NCBI GenBank assembly: GCA_017452505.1 | Contig: JAFTMI010000011.1 | Coordinates: 1,947-65,946, forward strand | Direction: 5' to 3' | Source: Oscillospiraceae bacterium | GTDB taxonomy: Bacteria; Bacillota; Clostridia; Oscillospirales; Oscillospiraceae | DNA length: 64,000 bases | Shown: piece after piece, positions 53,386 to 62,994 of the stretch | How the letters are laid out: the number at the start of each line of letters is the position of its first letter | Numbering within the stretch: position 1 is the stretch's first letter | The notes under the pieces: generated by a model | The model's database searches: none | What the model was told of the DNA's origin: nothing | The model's input: only the letters and a program-made list of their open reading frames with translations | Made by a program: the position numbers and the translations under genes

Positions 53386-54705
53386 ATGAAAAACCTTCCC
53401 TCCCCGATTACAAAAGACAATTTTGATCAGGCACAGGCATTCATCGCCGGACAACTGGCATTGACCAAGGCTAAAAAACGGATCCGTAAAATCATTCGAC
53501 CGTTGGGCAGTCTTCTGTTCACCCTGCTCAGTCTCCTTCTGGTTTACGGCGCGATTTATGGCGCATGCGACCCGGAAGATATGGTGGTCATGGAAAAATT
53601 CACATTTCTGACAAAGGCGTGGGACACCTTTGCGGGTATTTTCACCAACGAGGGAATGGCCTGGTATGTTTCTTGGCTCATTCTGATCGCGGCAGCATTT
53701 GTATTGCCCCTTTTGGTCTCGGCAATCATTACCATCATAGTATTGGCAGTTTCCAAGACAAAGGCAGAAGCTACCTTTGAGGGCACCGATGCCGAGAAGG
53801 CAAAAAAATTATATGATGACGCATGCGCGATCTCCAAGGGTTCTTCCAATTACGATTCCGGCTCTACAAAAACGGTATTCAAAGTGATTTTCACAGCCGC
53901 AATCGCTGCATTTCTGGTTTTCGCATTTCTCACTTTCAAAATAGGATTTTCCATGAGTATGCTGATCGGCTTTGCAATTGCGGCAGTCCTCGTTTATTTC
54001 GTATACGGCTGGATCCTTTCCGCTTTCTACGCACTCAATAAGCTGTTTTACAAAAGCCGGTATATCCCGGCGCTCACAAGCGCAACTGAGGAATATTGGC
54101 TGAGTGTGGATGTGGAGGAAGCAAACCGCCGCAAAGCGGAAGCTGAACGCAAGGCAGAAAAAGAACGCAAGGCAGAAGAAAAGCGCGAGGCTGAAGCAAA
54201 GCGCACGGCAGCGCGCCAGAGCGCAGCCTCCTATCAACCTTCCGCAAGCAGCATTGACAAATACGACAGCTTCACCTGGACCAATGCCTATGTGCAGGCA
54301 AACGAGGATCAGTGCTCGGACATTGCTTTGAGCACATTAAAGGTTTCAAAAGAGCTTTTAAGCGAGGGCGATTATAGCGGTGCTGCGCTGGGCTTCGATA
54401 AAGTTGTTCGCGCCCTTGAACTGTTGAAAAATGTTGACGGCGGCGACTATTACTTGCCTCCTCTTTTTGCAAACTGCTATGCTTTGTGCCACATTTTTGC
54501 TTTTGGTCTCAACAACCAGCGCAAGGCCTGTGAGTATGCCAAAAAAGCTTGCGATTATGCATCCAAATGCAATTCCGCCTCAGCAAGTCGCGATTTGCAG
54601 GTTATGCGCGATTTTTATAACGCTTTGCTGTCTGCCAGCTCCATCAGCAGCCTGACCGATGAGTTTGATATCAATTTCCCCTACGACATTTTAAGCAAGG
54701 ATTGA
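53386..54705 (+). CDS. Hypothetical 4-TM membrane protein with coiled coil and helical C-terminal domain
   Basis: 439-aa ORF with RBS GAGGT; paralogous motifs shared with 57971..58927. Confidence 0.7.
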   Translation: MKNLPSPITKDNFDQAQAFIAGQLALTKAKKRIRKIIRPLGSLLFTLLSLLLVYGAIYGACDPEDMVVMEKFTFLTKAWDTFAGIFTNEGMAWYVSWLILIAAAFVLPLLVSAIITIIVLAVSKTKAEATFEGTDAEKAKKLYDDACAISKGSSNYDSGSTKTVFKVIFTAAIAAFLVFAFLTFKIGFSMSMLIGFAIAAVLVYFVYGWILSAFYALNKLFYKSRYIPALTSATEEYWLSVDVEEANRRKAEAERKAEKERKAEEKREAEAKRTAARQSAASYQPSASSIDKYDSFTWTNAYVQANEDQCSDIALSTLKVSKELLSEGDYSGAALGFDKVVRALELLKNVDGGDYYLPPLFANCYALCHIFAFGLNNQRKACEYAKKACDYASKCNSASASRDLQVMRDFYNALLSASSISSLTDEFDINFPYDILSKD

Positions 54706-54718
54706 TCAATTCTACATA

Positions 54719-54752
54719 GCAAAAGCGAGGTGAATTTCACCTCGCTTTTTGT
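54719..54752. terminator. Bidirectional terminator
   Basis: AAAAGCGAGGTGAA/TTCACCTCGCTTTT between convergent genes. Confidence 0.8.
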
Positions 54753-55501
54753 TATTTGCCGTAGGATTTTAGTTCCCGGGGGGTGCAAAGCAGGTGCTTT
54801 TTCACCACACGGGCGAAATATTTGGGGTCATTGAAGCCGCTTTTTTCCGCCGCCTGCTCAATGGGCACGCCGCAGGAGATCAGCGATCTTGCATACTCCA
54901 GCCGCAGCTGGGTGATATACTCCGTGGGGGTCTTCTGATAGTATTTTTGAAACAGCGCACGCAGGACGGTTGCGCTGATGCCGGCATTTTTGCAGATGCT
55001 GTCCGCCGAAAGGGTGCTGCTTCTGTAATTTGCATTGATGTAGGAGATGGCAGCTGTAAAATGCTCCGGCATTTTCCCCGTGATGGCATTGTTGCAGAGC
55101 TTGCCCAAAATGGAATACAACTGGGCCAGCACATTGGCCTCATACCCCGGCTCTTTCTGCTTCCAAAAATCAACCGCCCGTAAAAAGGCCCGGTAAACCT
55201 CCTCGCTGTTGGCAAGGGTATAAACCTCTGCCGCCCGGTCGCTGTCCCGGGTCTTAAAATGGATGGCTAAGATCTCATTATCGTCATATTCGGCGGTGTA
55301 GGCAACACCCTGGGGCAGGTATAAAACCTCATTTGCGCCCACCGAATAAGTCTTATTGTCCACTTTGATCTTCGCCGTTCCCTTGATCCGAAAGGTCAGC
55401 GCCGCATAGTCCCGGGGAGCAATTTCAAAGAAATCGGCCTTCCACCCCACCTGCACCACATCAACGATTTGGAGAATCGGATTTTTGCAGTTACAAATCA
55501 T
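54752..55501 (-). CDS. AraC family regulator
   Basis: SGFNDPKYFARVVKK. Confidence 0.9.
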   Translation of the reverse strand: MICNCKNPILQIVDVVQVGWKADFFEIAPRDYAALTFRIKGTAKIKVDNKTYSVGANEVLYLPQGVAYTAEYDDNEILAIHFKTRDSDRAAEVYTLANSEEVYRAFLRAVDFWKQKEPGYEANVLAQLYSILGKLCNNAITGKMPEHFTAAISYINANYRSSTLSADSICKNAGISATVLRALFQKYYQKTPTEYITQLRLEYARSLISCGVPIEQAAEKSGFNDPKYFARVVKKHLLCTPRELKSYGK

Positions 55502-55641
55502 AGAACCACCTCATTTGCATTATAGCACCGGTTTCCCCAAGTTGCAACCGTTGAAAAGTCCACCTTTTTTGATAAAATGTGGGTTTAAGTCACAAATCCG
55601 CCACGCTATAATGAAAGAAAAAAACACCGGAGGTCATTCAA

Positions 55642-56559
55642 ATGGAAACTCTGAAACAAAAAATCATTGATTTTGCTAAGAAAGACGGGATCGATCTGAT
55701 CGGCTTTGCCGAAAAGTCCCGTTTTGACGGCCTGGACGAGCGGCTGAACCCCTTCTCCATCTTCCCCGAGGCCAAGACCGTGATCCTCATCGGCAAGCGC
55801 ATCTGCAGAGGCGCTTTGCGGGGTGTGGAAGAGGGTACAAACTTCGGCGACTACGCGCTCTTCGGCAAGAACTGGCTGGAAGACGAGTTCCTGGCCCTTT
55901 CCTGCTACAATCTGACCAACTTCATTGAGAGCAACAACTACGAGGCCGTGCCCATTTTCCCCAATCCCAGCGACCTGGAGCCCTCCGGTATTCCCGTTGC
56001 TCCCGGCAGACCCGCTCCCAATGTATATCCCGATTTCGATTACGCAGCAATTGCCTGCGGTCTTTGCACCCTTTCCTACAACCGCATCGTCTTCTCCAAG
56101 GAGTTTGGCTCCCGTCAGCGTTTCCATATGATCCTCACCGACGCAGAGCTGGAAAGCTCCCCTCTGCTGGAGGAAAATGTCTGCGACGGCTGTGGCAAAT
56201 GCGCCGCTGCCTGTCCTCTGGGCGCTATCAGCCAGACAGAAACCGAAACCATTGAGATCTGCGGCAAGAAGTTTACCGTGGGCAAGATCGACTACAGCAA
56301 GTGCAAGGTTTGCGAAAACGGCGCTGTTGCCAACCGGTTCTCTCCCAACTCTGCCCCCGACCGGATCGCCGCTCTGTGCAACCGCACCTGTATGTGCCAC
56401 TTAGAGGAAGACGGCCGCCTGGCTAACAAGTTCGCCAATCCCTTCCGCACCGGCGAAACCTGGCAGATCGGCTCTGCAACCACCACCATCGACCGCTCCG
56501 ACGAGCAGGCAAATGTCCTGGGCGGCGCATTTTCCAAAACCGGAAAGCGGGGTCACTGA
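55642..56559 (+). CDS. QueG/reductive-dehalogenase-like 2x[4Fe-4S] protein
   Basis: P..IFPEAKTVI, AIACGL, FGSRQRF, ILTDAEL and CDGCGKCAAACP. Confidence 0.8.
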   Translation: METLKQKIIDFAKKDGIDLIGFAEKSRFDGLDERLNPFSIFPEAKTVILIGKRICRGALRGVEEGTNFGDYALFGKNWLEDEFLALSCYNLTNFIESNNYEAVPIFPNPSDLEPSGIPVAPGRPAPNVYPDFDYAAIACGLCTLSYNRIVFSKEFGSRQRFHMILTDAELESSPLLEENVCDGCGKCAAACPLGAISQTETETIEICGKKFTVGKIDYSKCKVCENGAVANRFSPNSAPDRIAALCNRTCMCHLEEDGRLANKFANPFRTGETWQIGSATTTIDRSDEQANVLGGAFSKTGKRGH

Positions 56560-56560
56560 T

Positions 56561-57694
56561 ATGAAGCTGACATCCGAAATTCTGAAAGCAAAGGCCAAGG
56601 AATTGGGTATCGACTGCATCGCCATCGGCAATATTGAGCGTTTCAAAAACGCCCCCACGCTGATGAGCCCCATCACCTATTTCCCCAAGGCCAAATCGGT
56701 GATCGCCATTGCCATGCCCATCCCCCGGGGCGCAAACCGCGGCATTGAGGAAGGTACGCACTGGCACAACTATACTTTCTATACTTACAACAAGCTGAAC
56801 TCATTCTTCCGTCCCATCAAGACCTATCAGCTCAGCTGCTTTATTGAGGATTGCGGCTATGAGGCGGTGGCCCACTACCCCGCCGTGCCCGAGGGCAACG
56901 GCACCACCAGCAAGCCCGTGGCCGAGGGCAAAGTACCCCCCGATGTGGTGTGCAGCATCCGTGTGATCGCCGCCGGCTGCGGTTTGGGTGAGATCGGCTG
57001 GTCCAAGGTGTTCCTCACCAAGAAATACGGCCCCCGTGTCCGCCTGGGTCTGATTTTCACCGACGCGGAGTTAGAGCCCGATCCCATCATCGACACCGGC
57101 ACACTGTGCCTGCACTGCGGTGCTTGCACCAAGAACTGCCCCGGCGGTGCCATTCCCCACCCCCGGGAAACCGACAAGCGGATTTATGTGGACTTCGGCG
57201 AAAAGCAGATTTATTTCGGCGATGTGCAAATGGGCCGCTGCACCCTTTCCCACCACGGCATGAACAAGGAGTGTTCTCCCTTCCTGTCCAAGGAGTTCCC
57301 CAATATGGCCTTTGATGTGCGCAACTCCCAGATGACCGAGGAAGAGGCCTATATCCTCACCTACGCCTTAGCCGGCGCAAAATGGGGTCGTAAGCCCGGC
57401 AGCCACGCGGTGATCGATTACTACAATCAGATCATCGAGCATACGGGCTATTTCTCCATCTGCGGCGCAAAGGGCTGTATCCGGGCCTGCAACGCGATTA
57501 TGGAAAAATCCGGACGGGTGGAGCAGACCTTCCAAAATCCCTACTACAAGAAGGAATCCTGGGCGCTGCCCGTTCAGCCGGATACCAAGCCCCAGGGCGT
57601 CAACCCCTACCGGGAGGAATATCTGGACGAGCACTACCCCGGCATTCGCGAAAACGAATATGTGTCCACAGACAGCAAAAAAGAAGAAAAGTAA
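56561..57694 (+). CDS. QueG/reductive-dehalogenase-like 2x[4Fe-4S] protein (paralog)
   Basis: YFPKAKSVI, GLGEIG, YGPRVRL, FTDAEL, CLHCGACTKNCP and CIRAC; start moved to 56561. Confidence 0.8.
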   Translation: MKLTSEILKAKAKELGIDCIAIGNIERFKNAPTLMSPITYFPKAKSVIAIAMPIPRGANRGIEEGTHWHNYTFYTYNKLNSFFRPIKTYQLSCFIEDCGYEAVAHYPAVPEGNGTTSKPVAEGKVPPDVVCSIRVIAAGCGLGEIGWSKVFLTKKYGPRVRLGLIFTDAELEPDPIIDTGTLCLHCGACTKNCPGGAIPHPRETDKRIYVDFGEKQIYFGDVQMGRCTLSHHGMNKECSPFLSKEFPNMAFDVRNSQMTEEEAYILTYALAGAKWGRKPGSHAVIDYYNQIIEHTGYFSICGAKGCIRACNAIMEKSGRVEQTFQNPYYKKESWALPVQPDTKPQGVNPYREEYLDEHYPGIRENEYVSTDSKKEEK

Positions 57695-57763
57695 AACACA
57701 GGGGCGGTCAATGACCGCCCCTTAAATATTCGGTTTCGTAGAGGCGGATGACTCCCCTACAAT

Positions 57764-57825
57764 CTTTTACAAATTACGCAGTTCGTATCCGTAAACAAGC
57801 AGAGATTATACCGCCCAAAAGAAAA
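57764..57825 (-). repeat. spoVT promoter copy R4
   Basis: TTTTACAAATTACGCaGTTcGTATCcGTAAACAAG...AGATTATACCGCCCAAAAGAAAA. Confidence 0.85.
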
Positions 57826-57970
57826 TCCCCTCGGTTGAGGGATATAGACACCATTTCCTGGAACAACTTATTCTTTTGCGAATTTCTTGACATCCTTTTT
57901 GGAATTGATATAATTATAATAAAAATAAGTAAAACCGCAAAGGTTGTCTTTTGACTGAGGAGGATATCGC

Positions 57971-58927
57971 ATGAATAGACGTATTCGCAAATTTTGTGCA
58001 AGTAACGACCTTGACCATAGATGGTCTCTGCTATGCGAGATTGAACATTTGCTGAAACGCTCAGAAAAAGTATCAAATTTCGCAGCTGTAGTAGGATGTT
58101 TATGCCTGCTTCCTTTCCTCGTGGTAACATTTTTAAAAATAATGTGGTCTATCGGATTTATGACAGACAACGACATTAGCCCTATTCAACAGTTTATGAC
58201 CCAATATGGGTTCATTTCTTGGCCGTCTGTGTTGAGAGGGCTTCTCGCAGCCTGTATCTGTACTCCCATTCTTGTTGTTATCATATATAAAATTGGAATT
58301 TGTTTTGGAAAAAAAGCAATTCCCGAGAAGCTATGCGGAGGAGATGCTTACAAAGCGCAAAAAATCGCACATAAGGCAAAAGTTCTGTCCGGTTCGTCTG
58401 ACGATCATATGTTTATGGCAACCACTTTGTTAATTATTGGAGGAATTATTGCCACAGCGGTTATACACGTCATCGATCAAACTATTCATTCTTCCGCTCC
58501 TATTTGGGGGGTATTGCTTATAATCCTTTTTTCATTGATTCCCCTTGCCCTTCCTGTTGGATTTGCAGGTTTTATATTTAGTTTTTGTGCCACACTGCCA
58601 CTTAGTATGCTTTTGGACGGAATTAAATTAAGACGTTTGGCAGACAATGCGGACAGTGAGTGGGTCAAGCTGGATCCCGCAGAAGCCGCGCGAAGAAAAA
58701 AGCAAAAAGAAAATGAAGAAAAAGCAGCCCAAGCCGCTCAACGGGCTTATGAAGAAAATTTAAGAAGCTCACATACTCCGATACCTTCCTACTCGAGTTA
58801 TTCTTCCGAAAAAGGATTAAATACCTATATGACAGATAGAAGGACTGGTCAAAGCATATATTACAAAGATGGGCTTTATCTAAACGAAGATGGGGACCGG
58901 GTTCCCCTCCAATATATAGAAGAATAA
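57971..58927 (+). CDS. Hypothetical 4-TM membrane protein with coiled coil (AT-rich)
   Basis: 318-aa ORF with RBS AGGA; GGDAYKAQKI and WVKLDPAEAARRK motifs. Confidence 0.7.
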   Translation: MNRRIRKFCASNDLDHRWSLLCEIEHLLKRSEKVSNFAAVVGCLCLLPFLVVTFLKIMWSIGFMTDNDISPIQQFMTQYGFISWPSVLRGLLAACICTPILVVIIYKIGICFGKKAIPEKLCGGDAYKAQKIAHKAKVLSGSSDDHMFMATTLLIIGGIIATAVIHVIDQTIHSSAPIWGVLLIILFSLIPLALPVGFAGFIFSFCATLPLSMLLDGIKLRRLADNADSEWVKLDPAEAARRKKQKENEEKAAQAAQRAYEENLRSSHTPIPSYSSYSSEKGLNTYMTDRRTGQSIYYKDGLYLNEDGDRVPLQYIEE

Positions 58928-59065
58928 TACACGCTTGCCCGCTGTTTTCATTTTTCCAAAAATGATTGTCTTTTCAAAACAGTTTTGCATTTTGATGGCG
59001 TAATTATTTCAACAACACATATGCTAAAAGCGAGGGGATACCCCCTCGCTTTTGCTATGTAGATT

Positions 59066-59160
59066 TTATGTTATTATACCAGCCCAACGAACGATATCAT
59101 CTGCTTTCATATATCTTTTTCCTTATTTTTCAAATTGCGCTGTTAATATCTGTAAACAAG
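59066..59160 (-). pseudogene. Decayed spoVT 5' end plus partial promoter, copy R5
   Basis: Reads MKADDIVRWAGIIT*; leader TTCAAATTGCGCTGTTAATATCTGTAAACAAG matches R1. Confidence 0.75.
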
Positions 59161-59193
59161 TAGGGACACCGTGGAGCGGTGTCCCTGCAAACA

Positions 59194-60153
59194 TTAGATA
59201 AACAAATTCAAAACCCAGTAAAGGGTGGGAATGGTGATGACGGACAGGACGGTGGTGCCCAAAGTGAAGATCACTGCGTTCTGGGTATCGCCGCCGAACT
59301 CGTCGGCAAAGGTAGCCGAAAGACCTGCGGTGGGCATGGAGAATGCCACAAACACGCCCAAAATAATTTCCTTAACAGGAATGTTCAAGCTTACATTCTG
59401 AAGGGCCAGCATGATTGCCGTGATCGCCACCGGGAACAGCACCAGCTTCAGGAAAGAAACATAGTAAAGCTTCCCGGAGCTGAACAGCGTCTTAAAGGAA
59501 ATTGCACCCAGCTTCATACCAATGATGGTCATGGAAATGGGGGTGACGATGTTACCGAAATGGTCGGAGAATTTCCCCACCTCGGGAACAGCCTTGGCAA
59601 CGCCCAGCAGGTTGCAGATGCAGCCCAGCAGGAAAGCTGCCAGCACCGGATTGAGGAAGGCTTTCTTCACGCTGATATTCTTCTTATCGCCGGTAGCTAA
59701 GTAAGCGCCCAAGGTATACATCAGCACATTGTTGATAATATTCAGCACGATCAGCACAGTGAACACCGGGGAATCGCCGCCGAACACCGCAACTGCCAGA
59801 GGAATGCCCAAAAAGCCGTTGTTGGCAAACACGGCGCAAAAGCGCATCATGCCTTTGGTCTTTTGGTTTTTCTCCATTGCCACCAGGGGTGTGGAAACAA
59901 AGAACATACCCAAAACCACCACGATGCCGATGAGAGCAACCACACCCAGCATCAGCAAAGAATCCCCGTCAAATGTCAGATTCTTTACCACACCGGAGAA
60001 GATCATAAAGGGCAGCGCTAAGTACATAAGAAGCTTCGACAGCACGCCGGACTGCTCGGGCTTTAAGAGCTTTGCCTTCACCAAAATAAACCCGGGACTC
60101 GCCAGCGCAACGAACATCAGCACATTCCGCAGCATAATCATAAATTCTTCCAT
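59194..60153 (-). CDS. AEC (auxin efflux carrier) family transporter
   Basis: FANNGFLGIPL, NP, MPT and TVLSVITIP; start at 60153 after RBS GGAGG. Confidence 0.9.
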   Translation of the reverse strand: MEEFMIMLRNVLMFVALASPGFILVKAKLLKPEQSGVLSKLLMYLALPFMIFSGVVKNLTFDGDSLLMLGVVALIGIVVVLGMFFVSTPLVAMEKNQKTKGMMRFCAVFANNGFLGIPLAVAVFGGDSPVFTVLIVLNIINNVLMYTLGAYLATGDKKNISVKKAFLNPVLAAFLLGCICNLLGVAKAVPEVGKFSDHFGNIVTPISMTIIGMKLGAISFKTLFSSGKLYYVSFLKLVLFPVAITAIMLALQNVSLNIPVKEIILGVFVAFSMPTAGLSATFADEFGGDTQNAVIFTLGTTVLSVITIPTLYWVLNLFI

Positions 60154-60289
60154 AAGTGCCTCCAAAAGGAAATTTGTTACATTATATAACAAATTGTGTG
60201 ATATATCAAGTAGGGGCAGGAAACCCGCCACTATTGGTCCGCTTTAAAAAGCTCCTCTGCTGTATGCAGAGGAGCTTTTTCTAATAACA

Positions 60290-61678
60290 TCAGAATCTGA
60301 AATAAATAAACGGATTGTATGTAGAGCCAACCAAAAATACAATGCTGATCGCCAGCAGAGCAAGGCAGATCATATTGGCAAGCCAGTCGGGAATTCTGAA
60401 CTGCTTGTTTTTCCACGGCAGCATACAAATCAAACCGAGGGGAACATAGATCAGCGCATACACAATATCTGTATTGGCGATCACAGCGGTTGTGATGTCC
60501 GTATAGCGGAAGCTAAACATCTGAGAAAGGGCGTGGATAATGGCAGCAGGCTCCGTCAGGTTAAACATAACCCAACCAACCAGCACAATCAGCATCGCAT
60601 AAAGCCAGCACAGGAACTTGGGCAGCTTTTTCAGCAGCTTATGCAAAAACAGCTTCTCGCAGATCAACAATGCCGCATAATACAAGCCCCACGCAATGAA
60701 GTTCCACTCTGCGCCATGCCAAAAGCCGGTAAGCGCCCAGACAATCAGAATATTCAGCAGCCATCTGTGTTTTTTCACTCTGTTGCCGCCCAGCGGGATA
60801 TAGACATAATCCCGGAACCAGGTCGACAAGGAAATGTGCCATCTTCTCCAGAAATCTGTGATGGAAGTTGCGATGTAGGGGTAGTTGAAGTTTTCCAGAA
60901 AATGAAAACCGAACATTCTGCCCAGGCCGATGGCCATATCGCTGTATCCGGAAAAGTCAAAATAGATTTGCAACGCATAGGCAATTGCCGCTAACCAATA
61001 AAACTGTGTGCCGTAAATTTTTGCATCGCCGCTGTATATCATAACGGCAATGGCGCCAACATTGTTTGCGATGATGACCTTTTTGGCAAGACCGACTATA
61101 AACCGCCGCAGTCCGCACACGAAATCATCCAGACTTTCTTTTCTTGCGTTTATTTCGTCTTCAATCGTTTGGTAGCGAACGATGGGGCCCGCAATCAGCT
61201 GGGGGAAGAAGGTAACATATAAGGTCAGATAAAAATAATTTTTCTGCACGCTGACCTCTTTTTTATAAAGGTCGATCACATAGGAAAGGATCTGGAAGGT
61301 ATAGAAGCTGATGCCGATGGGCAGTACGATTTTCGCAAGCGCAAAGGAGCTGTTAAACAGGCCGTTGATCTGGGTGATGGTAAAGTCTAAGTACTTAAAA
61401 ACAAACAGATTTGCCACAAGCAACACAACTGTTATAATAAATACAGTCTTTTTTAATTTCTTTTTGGCATCAAAGCGATGGATGAGCAAACCGCCAACAT
61501 AAGCTACAAAAGATGCCGCCAACACCAAAACAATGTATTTGGGTTCTCCCCAGCTGTAAAACACCAGGGAAAAGATCAACAAAATCACATTTTTATAGGT
61601 GCGGTTTGGTATTAAAAAATATAATATGCAAACGATTGGCAAGAATGCAAACAAAAATGTAAGCGTACTAAATACCAT
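60290..61678 (-). CDS. MBOAT O-acyltransferase (AlgI/PatA-like)
   Basis: LPIGISFYTFQ, FFPQLIAGPIVR, FWRRWHISLS and WHGA. Confidence 0.95.
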   Translation of the reverse strand: MVFSTLTFLFAFLPIVCILYFLIPNRTYKNVILLIFSLVFYSWGEPKYIVLVLAASFVAYVGGLLIHRFDAKKKLKKTVFIITVVLLVANLFVFKYLDFTITQINGLFNSSFALAKIVLPIGISFYTFQILSYVIDLYKKEVSVQKNYFYLTLYVTFFPQLIAGPIVRYQTIEDEINARKESLDDFVCGLRRFIVGLAKKVIIANNVGAIAVMIYSGDAKIYGTQFYWLAAIAYALQIYFDFSGYSDMAIGLGRMFGFHFLENFNYPYIATSITDFWRRWHISLSTWFRDYVYIPLGGNRVKKHRWLLNILIVWALTGFWHGAEWNFIAWGLYYAALLICEKLFLHKLLKKLPKFLCWLYAMLIVLVGWVMFNLTEPAAIIHALSQMFSFRYTDITTAVIANTDIVYALIYVPLGLICMLPWKNKQFRIPDWLANMICLALLAISIVFLVGSTYNPFIYFRF

Positions 61679-61681
61679 ACA

Positions 61682-62887
61682 TCATTTCTCCCATACAAAA
61701 TCACTTGAAGCGTAAAAAACAACATTGCCAACGAACAAAACCTTGTCAATATCGTTCTGTTCCATATATTGCTGGAAATTGAACTTGCTTCCCTTGACAC
61801 GCTCATAGTGTCTTAGATCAATAGAATGTGTCCGGTTAAAATGTGTGGCCATCAGCTTCAGAATCGCGTTATCGTAAGAGTTTCCGATCACCAAAACATT
61901 ATCCCGGTCGGTTTTTCCGGTATCAAATATGACTTCTGCATCGTCCCAGCCATAAAACTGTCCATAAGACATGGGCTGAATGGATTTCGCTTTCGCAAAA
62001 TCTTCCTGCAAGCCATAGTCACCTACCTGTGCGCCGGTGATATTTTGGAATTTCGGGAACGCAAATTCATAAGCATAGAAGGGTTCGTATATGATTTGAG
62101 AACCTGCGCCTGCCGCGTGACTGCCCCCAAATTGGGGCGTGATCAGAACTTCCTCGCCCGCCTTTATGGGCGCATCCTCACATCCCATAAAATCCACAAT
62201 GTCCGTATAAGCTCTGTAGGCTCCTGTGTGCTTCCAGTGATGGTCGGTTTTATAGAAGTACTTTGCGTATTCTTCAAAATTGTCTATTGTATAGGTGCGT
62301 TTTTTCGCATTCTCGGAATTCAGCAGGGAGAATAAGTACTGATCTGCGTGGAGTTTCTCACCGGTTTCAAAATTGATATCGGTTTCTTTTTCAATGTAAT
62401 ATGTGTAAAAGTCCACATCGGGGTATTTTTCAATCAGTGCATTCAGTTTGTCTGCGTTGGCAGAAAAGCTATCCTTCACCTGCTCCAGCGTATAAGGGGA
62501 TGCAACATAATATCCGCCAAAAATTTTCGTGTTGTTTTTATAGTTTATATATGTCCTGTCGTTCTTTTCAATAATTGGCGCTACAAAAAGCTTAGTAAAC
62601 ATAGATGTTGCATCGTTATAAGCGGACTTAAGCCGTCGCGCCAAAGGTATTTGATCCGAGAAAGCATCCTCTATGCTGTTTTGAAAAGAGCCGTCCAAAA
62701 TGGTGTTTACAGACGGTGTGCTGATTTTATTGCTGTACCGATTCTCATAATAGTTTATATCTTGCGGGAAAAATACTGTTCTGACCAAACCTACCGTGAA
62801 TACAAGCATAATTATGCAGATAAACACTATGCTTCCCAGCTTTGTCTTTTTATCGTTGGTATTCATACCGTACTCCATATTTTCCAT
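61682..62887 (-). CDS. DHHW family (AlgJ/AlgX-like) O-acetyltransferase partner
   Basis: N-terminal TM; ENR, YKTDHHW and GNSY. Confidence 0.85.
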   Translation of the reverse strand: MENMEYGMNTNDKKTKLGSIVFICIIMLVFTVGLVRTVFFPQDINYYENRYSNKISTPSVNTILDGSFQNSIEDAFSDQIPLARRLKSAYNDATSMFTKLFVAPIIEKNDRTYINYKNNTKIFGGYYVASPYTLEQVKDSFSANADKLNALIEKYPDVDFYTYYIEKETDINFETGEKLHADQYLFSLLNSENAKKRTYTIDNFEEYAKYFYKTDHHWKHTGAYRAYTDIVDFMGCEDAPIKAGEEVLITPQFGGSHAAGAGSQIIYEPFYAYEFAFPKFQNITGAQVGDYGLQEDFAKAKSIQPMSYGQFYGWDDAEVIFDTGKTDRDNVLVIGNSYDNAILKLMATHFNRTHSIDLRHYERVKGSKFNFQQYMEQNDIDKVLFVGNVVFYASSDFVWEK

Positions 62888-62994
62888 TTATTTTTATGCA
62901 CCATGCACCCAAAGTTATCGCTATAATTATACGCTTCTACATGGTCAAAGTCAAGCCGGACACTATGCGCAATACGCCTCTGCTATGGGTTAAT

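Noticed and set aside
55642-57694. Calling the Fe-S pair queG or respiratory rdhA
   Set aside because: No queuosine context, no Tat signal and no rdhB; only family-level similarity is supportable
25788-59160. CRISPR array or classical integron interpretation of the spoVT repeats
   Set aside because: Repeats are 1-26 kb apart, non-palindromic and derived from a promoter; no cas or intI gene and no attC structure
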